A program made the translations under genes and the position numbers. A stretch of 64,000 nt of DNA from a virus, in the IMG/VR virus record IMGVR_UViG_3300032236_000718, positions 1-64,000 of that record. The stretch is one strand, 5' to 3'. Positions 26,538 to 36,651 of the stretch are shown one piece after another. The notes beneath the pieces are model-generated. The model worked only from the letters and a program-made list of their open reading frames with translations, made no database searches and was not told the DNA's origin. The number at the start of each line of letters is the position of its first letter. Position 1 is the first letter of the stretch.

Positions 26538-27560
26538 ATGAACTGGTTAGACCAGAAATACGTCGGTCTATTGTCACACCGACTAGACAGATTCACACGA
26601 AAATCATCAGGTAAGTTTAACTTCCGCTGCCCAGTCTGCGGGGACTCACAGTCTAGTAAGTACAAGGCCAGAGGTTGGATCTATGACAAGCAGGGGCATG
26701 GTGTATTCCACTGCTTCAACTGTGAAGTGTCTATGGGTGTGCCTAAGTTCATCAAGATGCTTGACCAGGGGTTATACAATGAGTATAACATGGAGAAGAT
26801 TAGCCAGACCAAGACTCCGGAACAGGTCGATTTAGAGACGTTCGTAAACAAGATGAAGCCGCCTGTATTCCGTAAGGAAGGTATATTGAAAGGCCTCAAG
26901 AAGATTAGTCAGTTATCTCCTGACGATCCGCTGAAGAAGTATGTGGTCAATCGTCTGATACCTAATCCATATCATGCCAAGCTGTTTAAGTGCCCTAACT
27001 TCTACTCTTTTGTGAATGACTTAGTGCCTGATAAGTTCTCTAAAGAGTCACTAGACCATGACGAGACACGATTACTCATTCCTTTCATAAACAAGGAAGG
27101 TAAGGTGCACGCTGTTCAGGGTAGATCGCTGAAGAGCACTGGTGTAAAGTATATAACTATAGTGTTAGACGAGAGTGTGGAGAAACTATATGGTCTGGAT
27201 ACCGTTGACTTTACTCGCAGCTATTATGTTCTGGAAGGACCCATTGACAGTATGTTTATCCCTAACAGTATCGCTACTGCTGGTGGTGATATTGTTTCCG
27301 CACTACCTAGTGCTTACAAATCAAACGCCGTCGTTGTGTATGACAACGAGCCAAGATCTAAAGATACGATAAAGAAGATCGATAAAGCTATTATGCAAGG
27401 TTTTAAGGTCTGTATATGGCCTGAAAATTTAGAGCATAAAGATGTTAATGATATGGTAAAATCGGGCCTCAGCGCAGAGTTTATCAGATATATAATAGAC
27501 CAAAATACATATAAAGACCTAGCAGCTAAGATGGCTCTCACTAAATGGAGTAAGAGATGA
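26538..27560 (+). CDS. gp61: DNA primase
   Basis: FRCPVCGDS..HCFNC zinc finger; EGPIDS, YDNEPR, KDVND TOPRIM motifs. Confidence 0.96.
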   Translation: MNWLDQKYVGLLSHRLDRFTRKSSGKFNFRCPVCGDSQSSKYKARGWIYDKQGHGVFHCFNCEVSMGVPKFIKMLDQGLYNEYNMEKISQTKTPEQVDLETFVNKMKPPVFRKEGILKGLKKISQLSPDDPLKKYVVNRLIPNPYHAKLFKCPNFYSFVNDLVPDKFSKESLDHDETRLLIPFINKEGKVHAVQGRSLKSTGVKYITIVLDESVEKLYGLDTVDFTRSYYVLEGPIDSMFIPNSIATAGGDIVSALPSAYKSNAVVVYDNEPRSKDTIKKIDKAIMQGFKVCIWPENLEHKDVNDMVKSGLSAEFIRYIIDQNTYKDLAAKMALTKWSKR

Positions 27561-28213
27561 ATACAGCGAATATTATAGGTGTGACGAGACCAACAAGCGG
27601 ACTGGGTGTGGATGAGTTCATATCGTATGTCGCGCGTGTGTCTAACCCATCTAATCAAAATAACAAAGAGACATCGCAGAAACTGCTGAAGTATCTTATT
27701 AAGAATAAGCACTGGTCACCATTTGAGATGGTGCACATAGTCATGGAGATTAATACAACTCGTGATATCGCTCGTCAAATCCTTAGGCATCGCTCTTTCT
27801 CCTTTCAGGAGTTCAGCCAGCGATATGCAGACCCCACAGCCGACATGGGTTTCCAGACTCGTGAGGCACGTCTACAAGATACTAAGAACAGACAAAACTC
27901 TATAGAGACAGACGATGAGCGGCTTGAAGTTGAATGGCAGTTTAAACAATCACAACTCATATTACAGGCTAAACACGCGTATGCTTGGGCGATTGATAAT
28001 GGCATTGCAAAAGAACAGGCTCGTGCAGTATTGCCAGAAGGTCTTACTTCTTCTCGTCTTTACATGGCTGGTTCTCTTAGAAGTTGGATACACTATTGTG
28101 AGCTACGCATGGGTAATGGTACACAGAAAGAACATAGAGAAATAGCAAGGGATGCGTGGTATCAAATAACAGCAGAGTTTCCCTCGTTAAAGGATACACT
28201 AGAGGTCGTATAA
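27557..28213 (+). CDS. thyX: Flavin-dependent thymidylate synthase
   Basis: HWSPFE, RQILRHRSFSFQEFSQRY, EQARAVLP, TQKEHR. Confidence 0.97.
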   Translation: MNTANIIGVTRPTSGLGVDEFISYVARVSNPSNQNNKETSQKLLKYLIKNKHWSPFEMVHIVMEINTTRDIARQILRHRSFSFQEFSQRYADPTADMGFQTREARLQDTKNRQNSIETDDERLEVEWQFKQSQLILQAKHAYAWAIDNGIAKEQARAVLPEGLTSSRLYMAGSLRSWIHYCELRMGNGTQKEHREIARDAWYQITAEFPSLKDTLEVV

Positions 28214-28222
28214 GGAGATAAG

Positions 28223-30496
28223 ATGATATCGGTAGTAAAAAGAAACGGAACAAAAGAAGCATTAGACCTCAATAAATTTCATAAAGTCGTAGAGTGGGCA
28301 TGCGAGGGTATAACAGGAGTATCAGAGAGTGAGATCGAGATTAAGTCTCAGATCCAGTTCTTTAATGGTATGAAGACCACTGATATTCAAGAGACACTCA
28401 TCAAGGCAGCCGCAGATCTTATCTCTGAGGATACACCTAATTATCAATATGTCGCTGGCAACTTAATTAATTACAACTTGAGAAAGGAAGTATACGGTGA
28501 TTTTAATCCAATTGATCTTGCTACTCATATTAAACAAGTTGTTGATGGAGGATATTATGACCCTGAGATCCTATCATGGTACGGACCAGACGATCTGCGA
28601 TTACTCAACAGCTATATTGATCATAAGCGCGATTTCACTCTTACGTATGCTGGTATGGAACAGTTTCGTGGTAAGTACCTAGTCAAAAATCGTGTTACTA
28701 GTAAATACTACGAGACACCTCAGATGACTTTTATGCTCATCGCAATGGTGCTCTTTAGAGACTATAAAGAAGACCGCTTAAAATGGATTAAAGAACTATA
28801 TGACTCAGTTTCTAATTTCGAGATATCGCTTCCTACGCCAATCATGGCTGGACTACGTACACCACAAAAGCAATTTAGCTCTTGTGTTCTTATCGAGACA
28901 AACGACAGCCTTGACTCTATTAATGCTACGAGCTCTTCGATTGTTAAGTACGTTTCTCAAAAAGCTGGTATTGGCATTGGCGCAGGTCGCATTCGCGCTG
29001 TTGGTAGTCCTATTCGTAATGGTGACGCGTCTCACACTGGCGTTATTCCGTTCTATAAGCATTTTCAGTCAGCAGTTAAGTCATGCAGCCAAGGAGGTGT
29101 ACGAGGTGGTGCAGCTACTCTTTACTATCCTGCATGGCATCTGGAAGTAGAAGACATTTTAGTATTAAAAAACAACAAAGGAACAGAGGATAATCGTGTT
29201 AGACACCTTGATTACGGAGTACAGTTTAACCGAGTTTTATATGAACGTCTGCTTACAGGCGGCAATATTACTCTATTCAGCCCTTCTGATGTACCTGATC
29301 TTTACGATGCGTTCTTCACTGACGTGGACAAGTTTAAAGAACTCTATGAAAAGTACGAGCGCTCTAAAGTTCGCAAGAAAGTAGTATCGGCTATCGACTT
29401 ATTCTCTGCGTTCATGCAAGAGCGTAAGGATACAGGTCGCATTTACCTACAAAACGTAGATCATGCGAATGATCACGGTTCCTTCATCAAGGAGTTAGCA
29501 CCTATTCGCATGAGCAACCTGTGCTCAGAGATCGACTTGCCTACTAAGCCACTCAACGATCTTAATGATCCTGATGGTGAGATCTCACTGTGCACACTAG
29601 CAGCAATTAATTGGGGGAAGATTAAAGATCCAAATGATTTTGAGCGTCCTTGTACTCTTATTGTCCGTGCTCTCGATGAGCTACTTAGTTATCAAGACTA
29701 TCCTGTCCTTGCAGCCAGAAACTCAACCATGGCACGAAGACCCCTTGGTGTGGGCATTATTAATCTCGCTTATTGGTTGGCTCGCAATGATCTTACTTAT
29801 CAGCATATCGACACTGAAGGTTTAAAGAAAGTTCATGAGTACGCCGAAGCTTGGTCTTACTATCTCATTAAAGCCTCGATTGATCTCGCAGCTGAAAAGG
29901 GAGCTCCTTCCAAGTCTAACCAGACCAAGTACTCCCAAGGCATCATGCCTATCGACACCTATAAGAGAGAAGTAGATGAACTTGTAACTCCTGATTACAA
30001 GTTGGATTGGAACTTATTACGTGAAAGGGCTAAACAGTATGGCATTCGTAACTCCACCCTCATGGCACTCATGCCAGCGGAGACCTCTGCTCAGATATCA
30101 AACTCGACAAACGGCATCGAGCCGGTTAGGTCTCTCATCACTGTTAAGCAGAGCAAAGACGGTGTTCTCAAGCAAGTCGTACCAGAGATCAGACGTCTTA
30201 AGAGAAAGTACGATCTGCTTTGGGAGCAAGTTTCCCCGGAAGGCTATATTAAGATCGCTAGCGTGCTGCAAAAGTTTATCGATCAGGGAATATCAGTAAA
30301 CACATCATATAATCCTAAGTTCTATGATGAGGAGCAGATACCTATGTCGACAATGCTGCAGCACATGCTGATGTTCTATAAGTATGGTGGAAAGCAACTC
30401 TACTACTTCAATACAAACGATCAGGCAGGCGAGATTGATCTAGGATCTCCACTCGGTGAGCTTGACGACGAGGACTGCGAGGCTTGTAAGATATGA
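28223..30496 (+). CDS. nrdA: Class Ia ribonucleotide reductase alpha
   Basis: ATP cone VVKRNG, QFSSC, SNLCSEI, LYY, C-terminal CEACKI. Confidence 0.98.
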   Translation: MISVVKRNGTKEALDLNKFHKVVEWACEGITGVSESEIEIKSQIQFFNGMKTTDIQETLIKAAADLISEDTPNYQYVAGNLINYNLRKEVYGDFNPIDLATHIKQVVDGGYYDPEILSWYGPDDLRLLNSYIDHKRDFTLTYAGMEQFRGKYLVKNRVTSKYYETPQMTFMLIAMVLFRDYKEDRLKWIKELYDSVSNFEISLPTPIMAGLRTPQKQFSSCVLIETNDSLDSINATSSSIVKYVSQKAGIGIGAGRIRAVGSPIRNGDASHTGVIPFYKHFQSAVKSCSQGGVRGGAATLYYPAWHLEVEDILVLKNNKGTEDNRVRHLDYGVQFNRVLYERLLTGGNITLFSPSDVPDLYDAFFTDVDKFKELYEKYERSKVRKKVVSAIDLFSAFMQERKDTGRIYLQNVDHANDHGSFIKELAPIRMSNLCSEIDLPTKPLNDLNDPDGEISLCTLAAINWGKIKDPNDFERPCTLIVRALDELLSYQDYPVLAARNSTMARRPLGVGIINLAYWLARNDLTYQHIDTEGLKKVHEYAEAWSYYLIKASIDLAAEKGAPSKSNQTKYSQGIMPIDTYKREVDELVTPDYKLDWNLLRERAKQYGIRNSTLMALMPAETSAQISNSTNGIEPVRSLITVKQSKDGVLKQVVPEIRRLKRKYDLLWEQVSPEGYIKIASVLQKFIDQGISVNTSYNPKFYDEEQIPMSTMLQHMLMFYKYGGKQLYYFNTNDQAGEIDLGSPLGELDDEDCEACKI

Positions 30497-30864
30497 CACT
30501 AAAGGTTAGAACATACTTAGCTGAAGTAGATGGTCGTGGTATTGGTCTCTTTGCAGACCAAGATATTAGGGAAGGTGCACTCGTGTGGGTGCACGATCCT
30601 ATCATCGATGGTTGGTTACCTGATCCTGAAGACTATCCATATGATGATATTACCAGAGAGACATTTACATGGATGTACTGCTATGACAAGACACTTAAAA
30701 AGTTTATCATGTTTGCAGACAATGTCAGGTTTATAAATCACAGTGAAGATCCTAACCTCGATTGTCCTACTAAATATATACACTATGCAGCTAGAGACAT
30801 CATGGCTGGTGAGGAGATTACCTGCAACTATAACGATGTCTGCGATAACGGATTAGGATTCTAA
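30493..30864 (+). CDS. SET-domain protein (putative lysine methyltransferase)
   Basis: GIGLFA..I..G, RFINHSEDPN, ARDI.AGEEITCNY. Confidence 0.9.
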   Translation: MTLKVRTYLAEVDGRGIGLFADQDIREGALVWVHDPIIDGWLPDPEDYPYDDITRETFTWMYCYDKTLKKFIMFADNVRFINHSEDPNLDCPTKYIHYAARDIMAGEEITCNYNDVCDNGLGF

Positions 30865-30865
30865 G

Positions 30866-31087
30866 ATGAAACAACTGGACGTACCCTTGTGTTTCTGGAC
30901 ACCAAAGGGAAAAGCATGGGCTCACTTTGTCATCGACTATGGCATGGAGCATGATCTACTCTGGGTATGTTTTCAAAATGATACAGGTGAGTGTTGGACC
31001 TGGAATAATAGAGATATAAGACTCGATCAAAACTTTACTTATGGAAGAAAATATGAAAAACCAATTCTCGATGACAAAGCTGGTTGA
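30866..31087 (+). CDS. Hypothetical protein
   Basis: TPKGKAWAHFVIDYG.EHDL.WV..TGECWTW.N. Confidence 0.75.
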   Translation: MKQLDVPLCFWTPKGKAWAHFVIDYGMEHDLLWVCFQNDTGECWTWNNRDIRLDQNFTYGRKYEKPILDDKAG

Positions 31088-31259
31088 CTACCTAAAAAAC
31101 TCTGACATCATTATCACTATTCTGCTAAATCCATCTAGATGGTCATTTTATTTTGACTATAGTACACACAGCGATCAAGATCCTGGATTAGTACTCGACT
31201 TAATTGTGAAGTTAGGTTTTATTAAGTTTTATATGTTTATAGATGATGGGAGATGGTGA
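31053..31259 (+). CDS. Hypothetical protein
   Basis: Fills operon gap. Confidence 0.55.
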   Translation: MKNQFSMTKLVDYLKNSDIIITILLNPSRWSFYFDYSTHSDQDPGLVLDLIVKLGFIKFYMFIDDGRW

Positions 31260-31471
31260 TGGATGAACAAACTACTAAGGATCTTAAGGCTTACAAAGAA
31301 GGCTTTAAGGATGGATACAACGAGGCAGTGAGATTTTATATTACTAATCCAATGCTTAATATGCGTCCAAAAGACAATCCTTGGTCACATGGATGCCCAG
31401 TGTGTGGCAGAACTGGACCTGATGCTATGGTCTGCTATTCTTCTAATTGTCCAACAAGAGTAACCTGCTAA
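31253..31471 (+). CDS. Small Cys-rich protein
   Basis: CPVCG..C....CP. Confidence 0.65.
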   Translation: MVMDEQTTKDLKAYKEGFKDGYNEAVRFYITNPMLNMRPKDNPWSHGCPVCGRTGPDAMVCYSSNCPTRVTC

Positions 31472-32586
31472 TGTCAGTATTTGATGCAACTAATCATAAA
31501 GATCCAACTAAAGTCAAAGCATTCTTTGATGATCCTGTAACTATCGCACGTTACGATAAGCAGAAGTATCCATTTCTCGAGAAGCTTACACAGTCTCAAC
31601 TTGGTTTCTTTTGGAGACCTGAAGAGATTGATGTATTCCGTGACTCTAAAGACTTTAAAGCATTGACGAAGCATGAGCAACACATCTTTACCTCCAATCT
31701 TAAGAGACAAATCCTTCTCGACTCTGTACAAGGACGTGCACCAACAGCAGCATTCAGTCCTATCTGCTCACTTCCTGAGCTCGAGAACTGGATCCTTACA
31801 TGGGCATTCAGCGAATCTATCCACTCACGTAGTTACACTCACATCATTCGGAACGTATACGCTGATCCGTCAGTCATCTTCGACGGAATGATGGACATGA
31901 AAGAGATTGTAGACTGCGCTGGTGACATCAGCAAGTACTACGATAATCTGATTATGTTGAACAATTTCCACGAATTGAGTGGATATAAAATAGATGCTGG
32001 TATTTCAGATTATAGTGATCTTTATAAACACAAGAAAGCTTTGTGGCTTACTCTCATGTCAGTTAATATTCTAGAAGGTGTTCGCTTCTATGTAAGCTTT
32101 GCCTGCTCTTGGGCTTTTGCTGAGGTAAAGAAGATGGAGGGTAATGCTAAGATCATCAAGCTAATTGCCCGTGATGAGAACCTTCATCTTGCAGGTACAC
32201 AGCAACTACTTAAGGTACTACCGACTGATGATCCTGACTTTGCTAAGATACGTGAAGAGACAAAGGATGAGTGCATCAAGATGTTTGTTGACGCAGTCAA
32301 TCAAGAGAAAGCATGGGCTAACTATCTATTCAAGGATGGCTCAATGATAGGCTTAAATGAAGCTCTTTTGGTTGAATATATAGAGTGGATAGGGCACAAG
32401 AGAATGACCGCAGTCGGTCTTCCATGTCCTTATAAAACCGGGTCTAATCCTCTGCCGTGGACGCAGAAGTGGATCAGCGGTGCTGAAGTTCAAGTAGCTC
32501 CACAAGAAACTGAGATCACCAGCTATATTGGCGGTGGCGTTAAGAAGGATGTTAATAATGATTCGTTTAAAGGTTTTTCTCTTTAG
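31471..32586 (+). CDS. nrdB: Class Ia ribonucleotide reductase beta
   Basis: FFWRPEE, DSVQGR, ESIHSRSY, EGVRFYVSF, DENLH, VAPQETE. Confidence 0.98.
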   Translation: MSVFDATNHKDPTKVKAFFDDPVTIARYDKQKYPFLEKLTQSQLGFFWRPEEIDVFRDSKDFKALTKHEQHIFTSNLKRQILLDSVQGRAPTAAFSPICSLPELENWILTWAFSESIHSRSYTHIIRNVYADPSVIFDGMMDMKEIVDCAGDISKYYDNLIMLNNFHELSGYKIDAGISDYSDLYKHKKALWLTLMSVNILEGVRFYVSFACSWAFAEVKKMEGNAKIIKLIARDENLHLAGTQQLLKVLPTDDPDFAKIREETKDECIKMFVDAVNQEKAWANYLFKDGSMIGLNEALLVEYIEWIGHKRMTAVGLPCPYKTGSNPLPWTQKWISGAEVQVAPQETEITSYIGGGVKKDVNNDSFKGFSL

Positions 32587-33361
32587 TCTATTAATCGCTG
32601 CATCAGCGTATGCTGCTGATCAGCAACCACCAAAACCAGTTGATACTTGTAAAGTACAGGTACCCTACGGACAACCATCAACAGTTTCAGGTCATCCTGT
32701 TATTTGTCGTAATGCTTACATACTCGAATCCGATCCCGTTGCCAAGATTCCTAACTGGGTCGCATGGACACTTACACCTGACCATGCCATCGGTTGTGTT
32801 GCTCGTACTAATGCTTTCGCAACTGACCAATCTCTTTTAACAGTTGGTCACGCAACGCCAGCTGACTATGCAGGATCTGGTTATGACCAAGGTCACTTAG
32901 CTAATGATGCAGACATGTCATGGGATCCACAAGTAGAGCATGAGTCATTCTATATGTCTAACATGAGTCCACAGTTACCATCAGTTAATCGTGGCACATG
33001 GAAGAACCTTGAGTCTGCTGAGCGCGCATGGGTGTATAAGCTTAAGCATCCATTCACTATAATTGCTGGTAATATCTACTCAGCTAATGATAAGACTATT
33101 GGTCTTAATAAAGTTGTAGTTCCTGACTATCTCTTTAAGATTGTTACTGATGACACTACTAAGCAGACATATGCATTTTTGTTTCCACACAAAGATGGAC
33201 TAGACGCCGATTTCACTAAATACCAGGTGACGGTTGCCGACGTAGAGAAGGCGAGCGGTATCACATTCTCTATTCCTGATGCTAAGACAGTGAAGAACAA
33301 GGTCCCAGAAACGGATCTCAAGACTCTCGCAGACGACAAGAAAAAGCAATGTAAGGAGTAA
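32558..33361 (+). CDS. Secreted DNA/RNA non-specific endonuclease (NucA/Serratia-type)
   Basis: Signal peptide; GYDQGHLA, FYMSNMSPQ..NRGTWKNLE, VPDYLFKI. Confidence 0.9.
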   Translation: MIRLKVFLFSLLIAASAYAADQQPPKPVDTCKVQVPYGQPSTVSGHPVICRNAYILESDPVAKIPNWVAWTLTPDHAIGCVARTNAFATDQSLLTVGHATPADYAGSGYDQGHLANDADMSWDPQVEHESFYMSNMSPQLPSVNRGTWKNLESAERAWVYKLKHPFTIIAGNIYSANDKTIGLNKVVVPDYLFKIVTDDTTKQTYAFLFPHKDGLDADFTKYQVTVADVEKASGITFSIPDAKTVKNKVPETDLKTLADDKKKQCKE

Positions 33362-33364
33362 CAA

Positions 33365-33619
33365 ATGGCCGACATAGAAATGGAAGACCTCATCAACATT
33401 CTTAAGGATACTGTTGATGATGAAGCGCAACGCACCAACATTTACCACGACCTAATCAACCTCTTCATCTCTGAAGGTGAAGACGACTTCGGCGACGTAG
33501 TCGGCATGGATGATGCATTTGATACCGCTCATGATGAAATCGAAGCTAATATGACTATTGAAGAGTCAGACTACGATGAAGAAGATGAGGAAGAACTCGA
33601 CGAAGAAGACGAAGAGTAA
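33365..33619 (+). CDS. Highly acidic small protein
   Basis: AAGGAG RBS; extreme D/E content. Confidence 0.8.
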   Translation: MADIEMEDLINILKDTVDDEAQRTNIYHDLINLFISEGEDDFGDVVGMDDAFDTAHDEIEANMTIEESDYDEEDEEELDEEDEE

Positions 33620-33624
33620 TACTC

Positions 33625-34383
33625 GTGAATAGGTATCGCACCGTCTTTATATCTGACACTCATCTTGGAACTAAGATGAGCCAGTCTAGATTCCTATTAG
33701 ACTTTCTTAAATCATTTGAGTGCGATACCTTATATCTTGTTGGCGATATTATCGATGGCTGGGCGATGCACAAGAGCTTCTACTGGCCACAAGAGCATAA
33801 TGACGTTATACAGAAATTAATGCGTAAGGCTCGTAAGGGCACCAAGATAGTCTATCTTCCTGGTAACCATGACGAGTTCTTACGCAGTTTCTGTGACACC
33901 ACATTTGGTGAGATATCACTTGTAGATAAAGATATTCACACCGGTGTAGATGGCAAGAAGTATCTGGTCATGCACGGTGATCAGTTCGACGTTGTAGTAA
34001 ACAACATGAAGTGGTTATCACACCTTGGTAGCTGGGCATATGACGTGACTATTGACATTAATGTCCTATTGTCAAAGTTTAGATCCATGCTAGGCAGACC
34101 ATACTGGTCACTCAGCGCGTGGGCAAAGTACAAGGTAAAGACCGCAGTCAACTTTATAGGTGACTACGAAGAGAACCTAACATCCTATGCTAATAGCAAG
34201 GGAGCAGATGGTATAATCTGTGGGCACATTCATCATCCAAACATACGTGACATCGACGGAATTACATATATAAACTGTGGCGACTGGTGTGAGACCTGTA
34301 GCGCTGTAGTCGAGCACCTCGATGGTACGATGGAAGTGATAATGTGGAATGAGTTACGAGAATCCATGGACGTTCAACAATAA
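33625..34383 (+). CDS. Metallophosphoesterase, UDP-2,3-diacylglucosamine hydrolase (LpxH)-like
   Basis: SDTHLG, GDIIDGW, PGNHDE, HGDQFD, CGHIH, NCGDW.E. Confidence 0.88.
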   Translation: MNRYRTVFISDTHLGTKMSQSRFLLDFLKSFECDTLYLVGDIIDGWAMHKSFYWPQEHNDVIQKLMRKARKGTKIVYLPGNHDEFLRSFCDTTFGEISLVDKDIHTGVDGKKYLVMHGDQFDVVVNNMKWLSHLGSWAYDVTIDINVLLSKFRSMLGRPYWSLSAWAKYKVKTAVNFIGDYEENLTSYANSKGADGIICGHIHHPNIRDIDGITYINCGDWCETCSAVVEHLDGTMEVIMWNELRESMDVQQ

Positions 34384-34768
34384 TGTAGTCGACTCAGAGA
34401 TCCTAGAGAACTATATAGGATTTGTATACATTATCACGAACCTCACAAACAATAAGAAATATATAGGCAAGAAGCTTCTAAAGAAGTCAAAGACACGCCA
34501 AGTTAAGGGTAAAAAGAAGCGCTCACAAGTTGAGTCTGACTGGAAAGACTACTATGGATCCAATAAAGATCTATTAGTCGAGTTGAACAGCGAGGGCATG
34601 GCTGCTGGTAACTTTAAGCGTGAGATACTCAGACTCTGTAAGACCAAGGGTGAGTGCACTTACTATGAAGCTAAAGCACAGTTCGATGCAGACGTGCTAA
34701 ATAAAGATGACTATTATAACGGTTGGATCATAGCCAAGGTTAGTAGGAGTCATCTACCAAAGAATTAG
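34349..34768 (+). CDS. GIY-YIG endonuclease
   Basis: GFVYIITN..KKYIGKK, SDWKDYYGS, YYE, YYNG.I. Confidence 0.85.
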   Translation: MSYENPWTFNNNVVDSEILENYIGFVYIITNLTNNKKYIGKKLLKKSKTRQVKGKKKRSQVESDWKDYYGSNKDLLVELNSEGMAAGNFKREILRLCKTKGECTYYEAKAQFDADVLNKDDYYNGWIIAKVSRSHLPKN

Positions 34769-34857
34769 GAGAGTTGGCCGAGCGGCTTAAGGCACCTCAC
34801 TGCTAACGAGACGTACTAGAGATAGTACCGAGAGTTCGAATCTCTCACTCTCCGCCA
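34768..34857 (+). tRNA. tRNA-Ser(GCT)
   Basis: Acceptor GGAGAGT/ACTCTCC, loop CTGCTAA, long variable arm, GCCA. Confidence 0.95.
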
Positions 34858-34858
34858 C

Positions 34859-34866
34859 TATAAATA
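34859..34866 (+). promoter_or_regulatory. Late promoter TATAAATA
   Basis: Exact consensus. Confidence 0.8.
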
Positions 34867-34889
34867 GATGATCTAAGAGGGGTACATCT

Positions 34890-35648
34890 ATGAAGTCACT
34901 AATAAAAACCATGAAGAAGGTTGTACGTGAAGAGCGCGGCCTTCCACTCAATGAGACCAAGATTAGTCTTGAGTACCATGATGAACTTAATCCAAAGTTA
35001 TGGAATGGCTGGGAACTAAAGCCAGAAGTCAGACAGAAACTCTTAGACTTTGCCAAGACATGGGCTTTGTTTGCCAAGATACAACCAAGCATGATTAAAG
35101 ATATCATCATGATCGGTGGCAACACGAACTATAACTACACTCCTAAATCAGATATCGATGTGCACCTCGTGATAGATAGAAACAAGGTTAATCCTGATCG
35201 TGAGTTTGTCGATGAGTACCTACAGGCCAAAAAGGTATTATGGACGATGACACACAACGTCACAGTACTTGGTTATCCTATTGAGCCGTATGCTCAGGAC
35301 TCAGAGCAGTCACACGCAGCAGGCCAAGGTGTGTTCAGCCTCAAGAGAAACATGTGGATTCAGAAGCCTAATCATCAGAAGCTGGACTTTAAGTCTGATA
35401 AGAATCTCAAGAAGAAGGTCATGTTCTATGCCCACATGATCGATGATATGATTAAGAATAAGATGGATGCAGACGTATTCAATGACCTAAGGAAAAAGAT
35501 GGCAGACATGAGATCTGCCGGTATCGCCAAGGGTGGTGAGTTTAGCTTCGAGAATCTGGTATTCAAGGAGCTCCGTAACCGTGGATATCTTGACAAGATG
35601 AATAACTACGAGAAGACAATGAAGGACCAGCAACTTAGCCTAAAATAA
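34890..35648 (+). CDS. Pol-beta-superfamily nucleotidyltransferase
   Basis: GGNTNYNY..SDIDVH (G[GS]..DxD), E.Y, GEFSFENLVFKELR. Confidence 0.8.
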   Translation: MKSLIKTMKKVVREERGLPLNETKISLEYHDELNPKLWNGWELKPEVRQKLLDFAKTWALFAKIQPSMIKDIIMIGGNTNYNYTPKSDIDVHLVIDRNKVNPDREFVDEYLQAKKVLWTMTHNVTVLGYPIEPYAQDSEQSHAAGQGVFSLKRNMWIQKPNHQKLDFKSDKNLKKKVMFYAHMIDDMIKNKMDADVFNDLRKKMADMRSAGIAKGGEFSFENLVFKELRNRGYLDKMNNYEKTMKDQQLSLK

Positions 35649-35651
35649 AGG

Positions 35652-35680
35652 TGTACATTATGAAAATTATGATATATAGT
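35652..35680 (+). promoter_or_regulatory. Early promoter TGTACA-N17-TATAGT
   Basis: Recurring motif. Confidence 0.75.
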
Positions 35681-35766
35681 GAACTTGAGATGCTAGTTAG
35701 GGAAGACATGATGAGAAATGGTTTTGACCCTGACACAGAGATTGAATTATATTGGAGTACTAGACT

Positions 35767-36036
35767 ATGATCAACCATGTTGAACTATACACAAAGCCTG
35801 ACTGTCCTTACTGCACGCGTGCAAAGCACCTGCTAAAGACTATGAACATCCCATTTAATGAGCAGATGCTCGACCGAGACTTTACGCGTGAGATTCTTCT
35901 AGAGAAGTTCCCTCACGCTAAGTCGTATCCACTAGTAGTGATCGATGGATTCCATATCGGTGGTTACTCTCAGCTTGAAGAGAAGATCAACGAGGAATAC
36001 AAGAGTGACAAGCAATTGCTTAATGAGGGAGAGTGA
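35767..36036 (+). CDS. nrdC: Glutaredoxin
   Basis: CPYC, SYP, IGGY. Confidence 0.93.
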   Translation: MINHVELYTKPDCPYCTRAKHLLKTMNIPFNEQMLDRDFTREILLEKFPHAKSYPLVVIDGFHIGGYSQLEEKINEEYKSDKQLLNEGE

Positions 36037-36037
36037 C

Positions 36038-36313
36038 ATGACGATGCAGTATACAAGGCAGAACCTATTGAATGACTTGAAGCTTCACGCTATTGAAGTT
36101 CGATTCACTAAGGTCAATGGCGAGAAGCGTGTCATGCACTGCACTCTGCAGCCACACTTACTTCCTCCTCAGACTGATATTCAGAAGCTTGAGGAGGCAC
36201 ACGACAAGAACAGCAACACAGACACTATTGCTGTGTGGGACTTACAAAATGGCGGTTGGCGCTCATTCCGTGTAGACTCGGTTGAGTATGTTCAAGCAAT
36301 TGATGGATATTGA
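36038..36313 (+). CDS. WYL_2/Sm-like SH3 domain protein
   Basis: VRFTKVNGEKRVM.CTL..VWD....WRSFR.DS. Confidence 0.8.
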   Translation: MTMQYTRQNLLNDLKLHAIEVRFTKVNGEKRVMHCTLQPHLLPPQTDIQKLEEAHDKNSNTDTIAVWDLQNGGWRSFRVDSVEYVQAIDGY

Positions 36314-36314
36314 T

Positions 36315-36650
36315 ATGGCTAAGAAACTCGTGTTAGTTACTACTATCAGCACATTTGCTCACTCATACGTCTTTAGTGAAGAAGAGGGTGTTCCTAGTGA
36401 ATTAGTGCTGGACTTTATTGGTGATGATTCAGTCACTGAGATGTCGCAAACATGGATCGGTGAGCAAGTTATTGGACACCGAGACATTACATTTGAAGAG
36501 TACTTGCAGTTGTTTGACAAAGAGAATGACTATCTTAAGGACTGGACTACTGAGCAAAAGCTTAAGTTTATCATGGATCCAGAAGAGTTAGAACAAAAAA
36601 TGCAGGATCGTGTGAAAGAGCAGATGGTATCTGTGGCTATAGGATTATAA
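36315..36650 (+). CDS. Hypothetical protein
   Basis: EMSQTWIGEQ..LFDKENDYL..W. Confidence 0.75.
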   Translation: MAKKLVLVTTISTFAHSYVFSEEEGVPSELVLDFIGDDSVTEMSQTWIGEQVIGHRDITFEEYLQLFDKENDYLKDWTTEQKLKFIMDPEELEQKMQDRVKEQMVSVAIGL

Positions 36651-36651
36651 C

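Noticed and set aside
10859-32586. Introns or inteins in gp43, gp41, thyX, nrdA and nrdB
   Set aside because: All are uninterrupted and of normal length.
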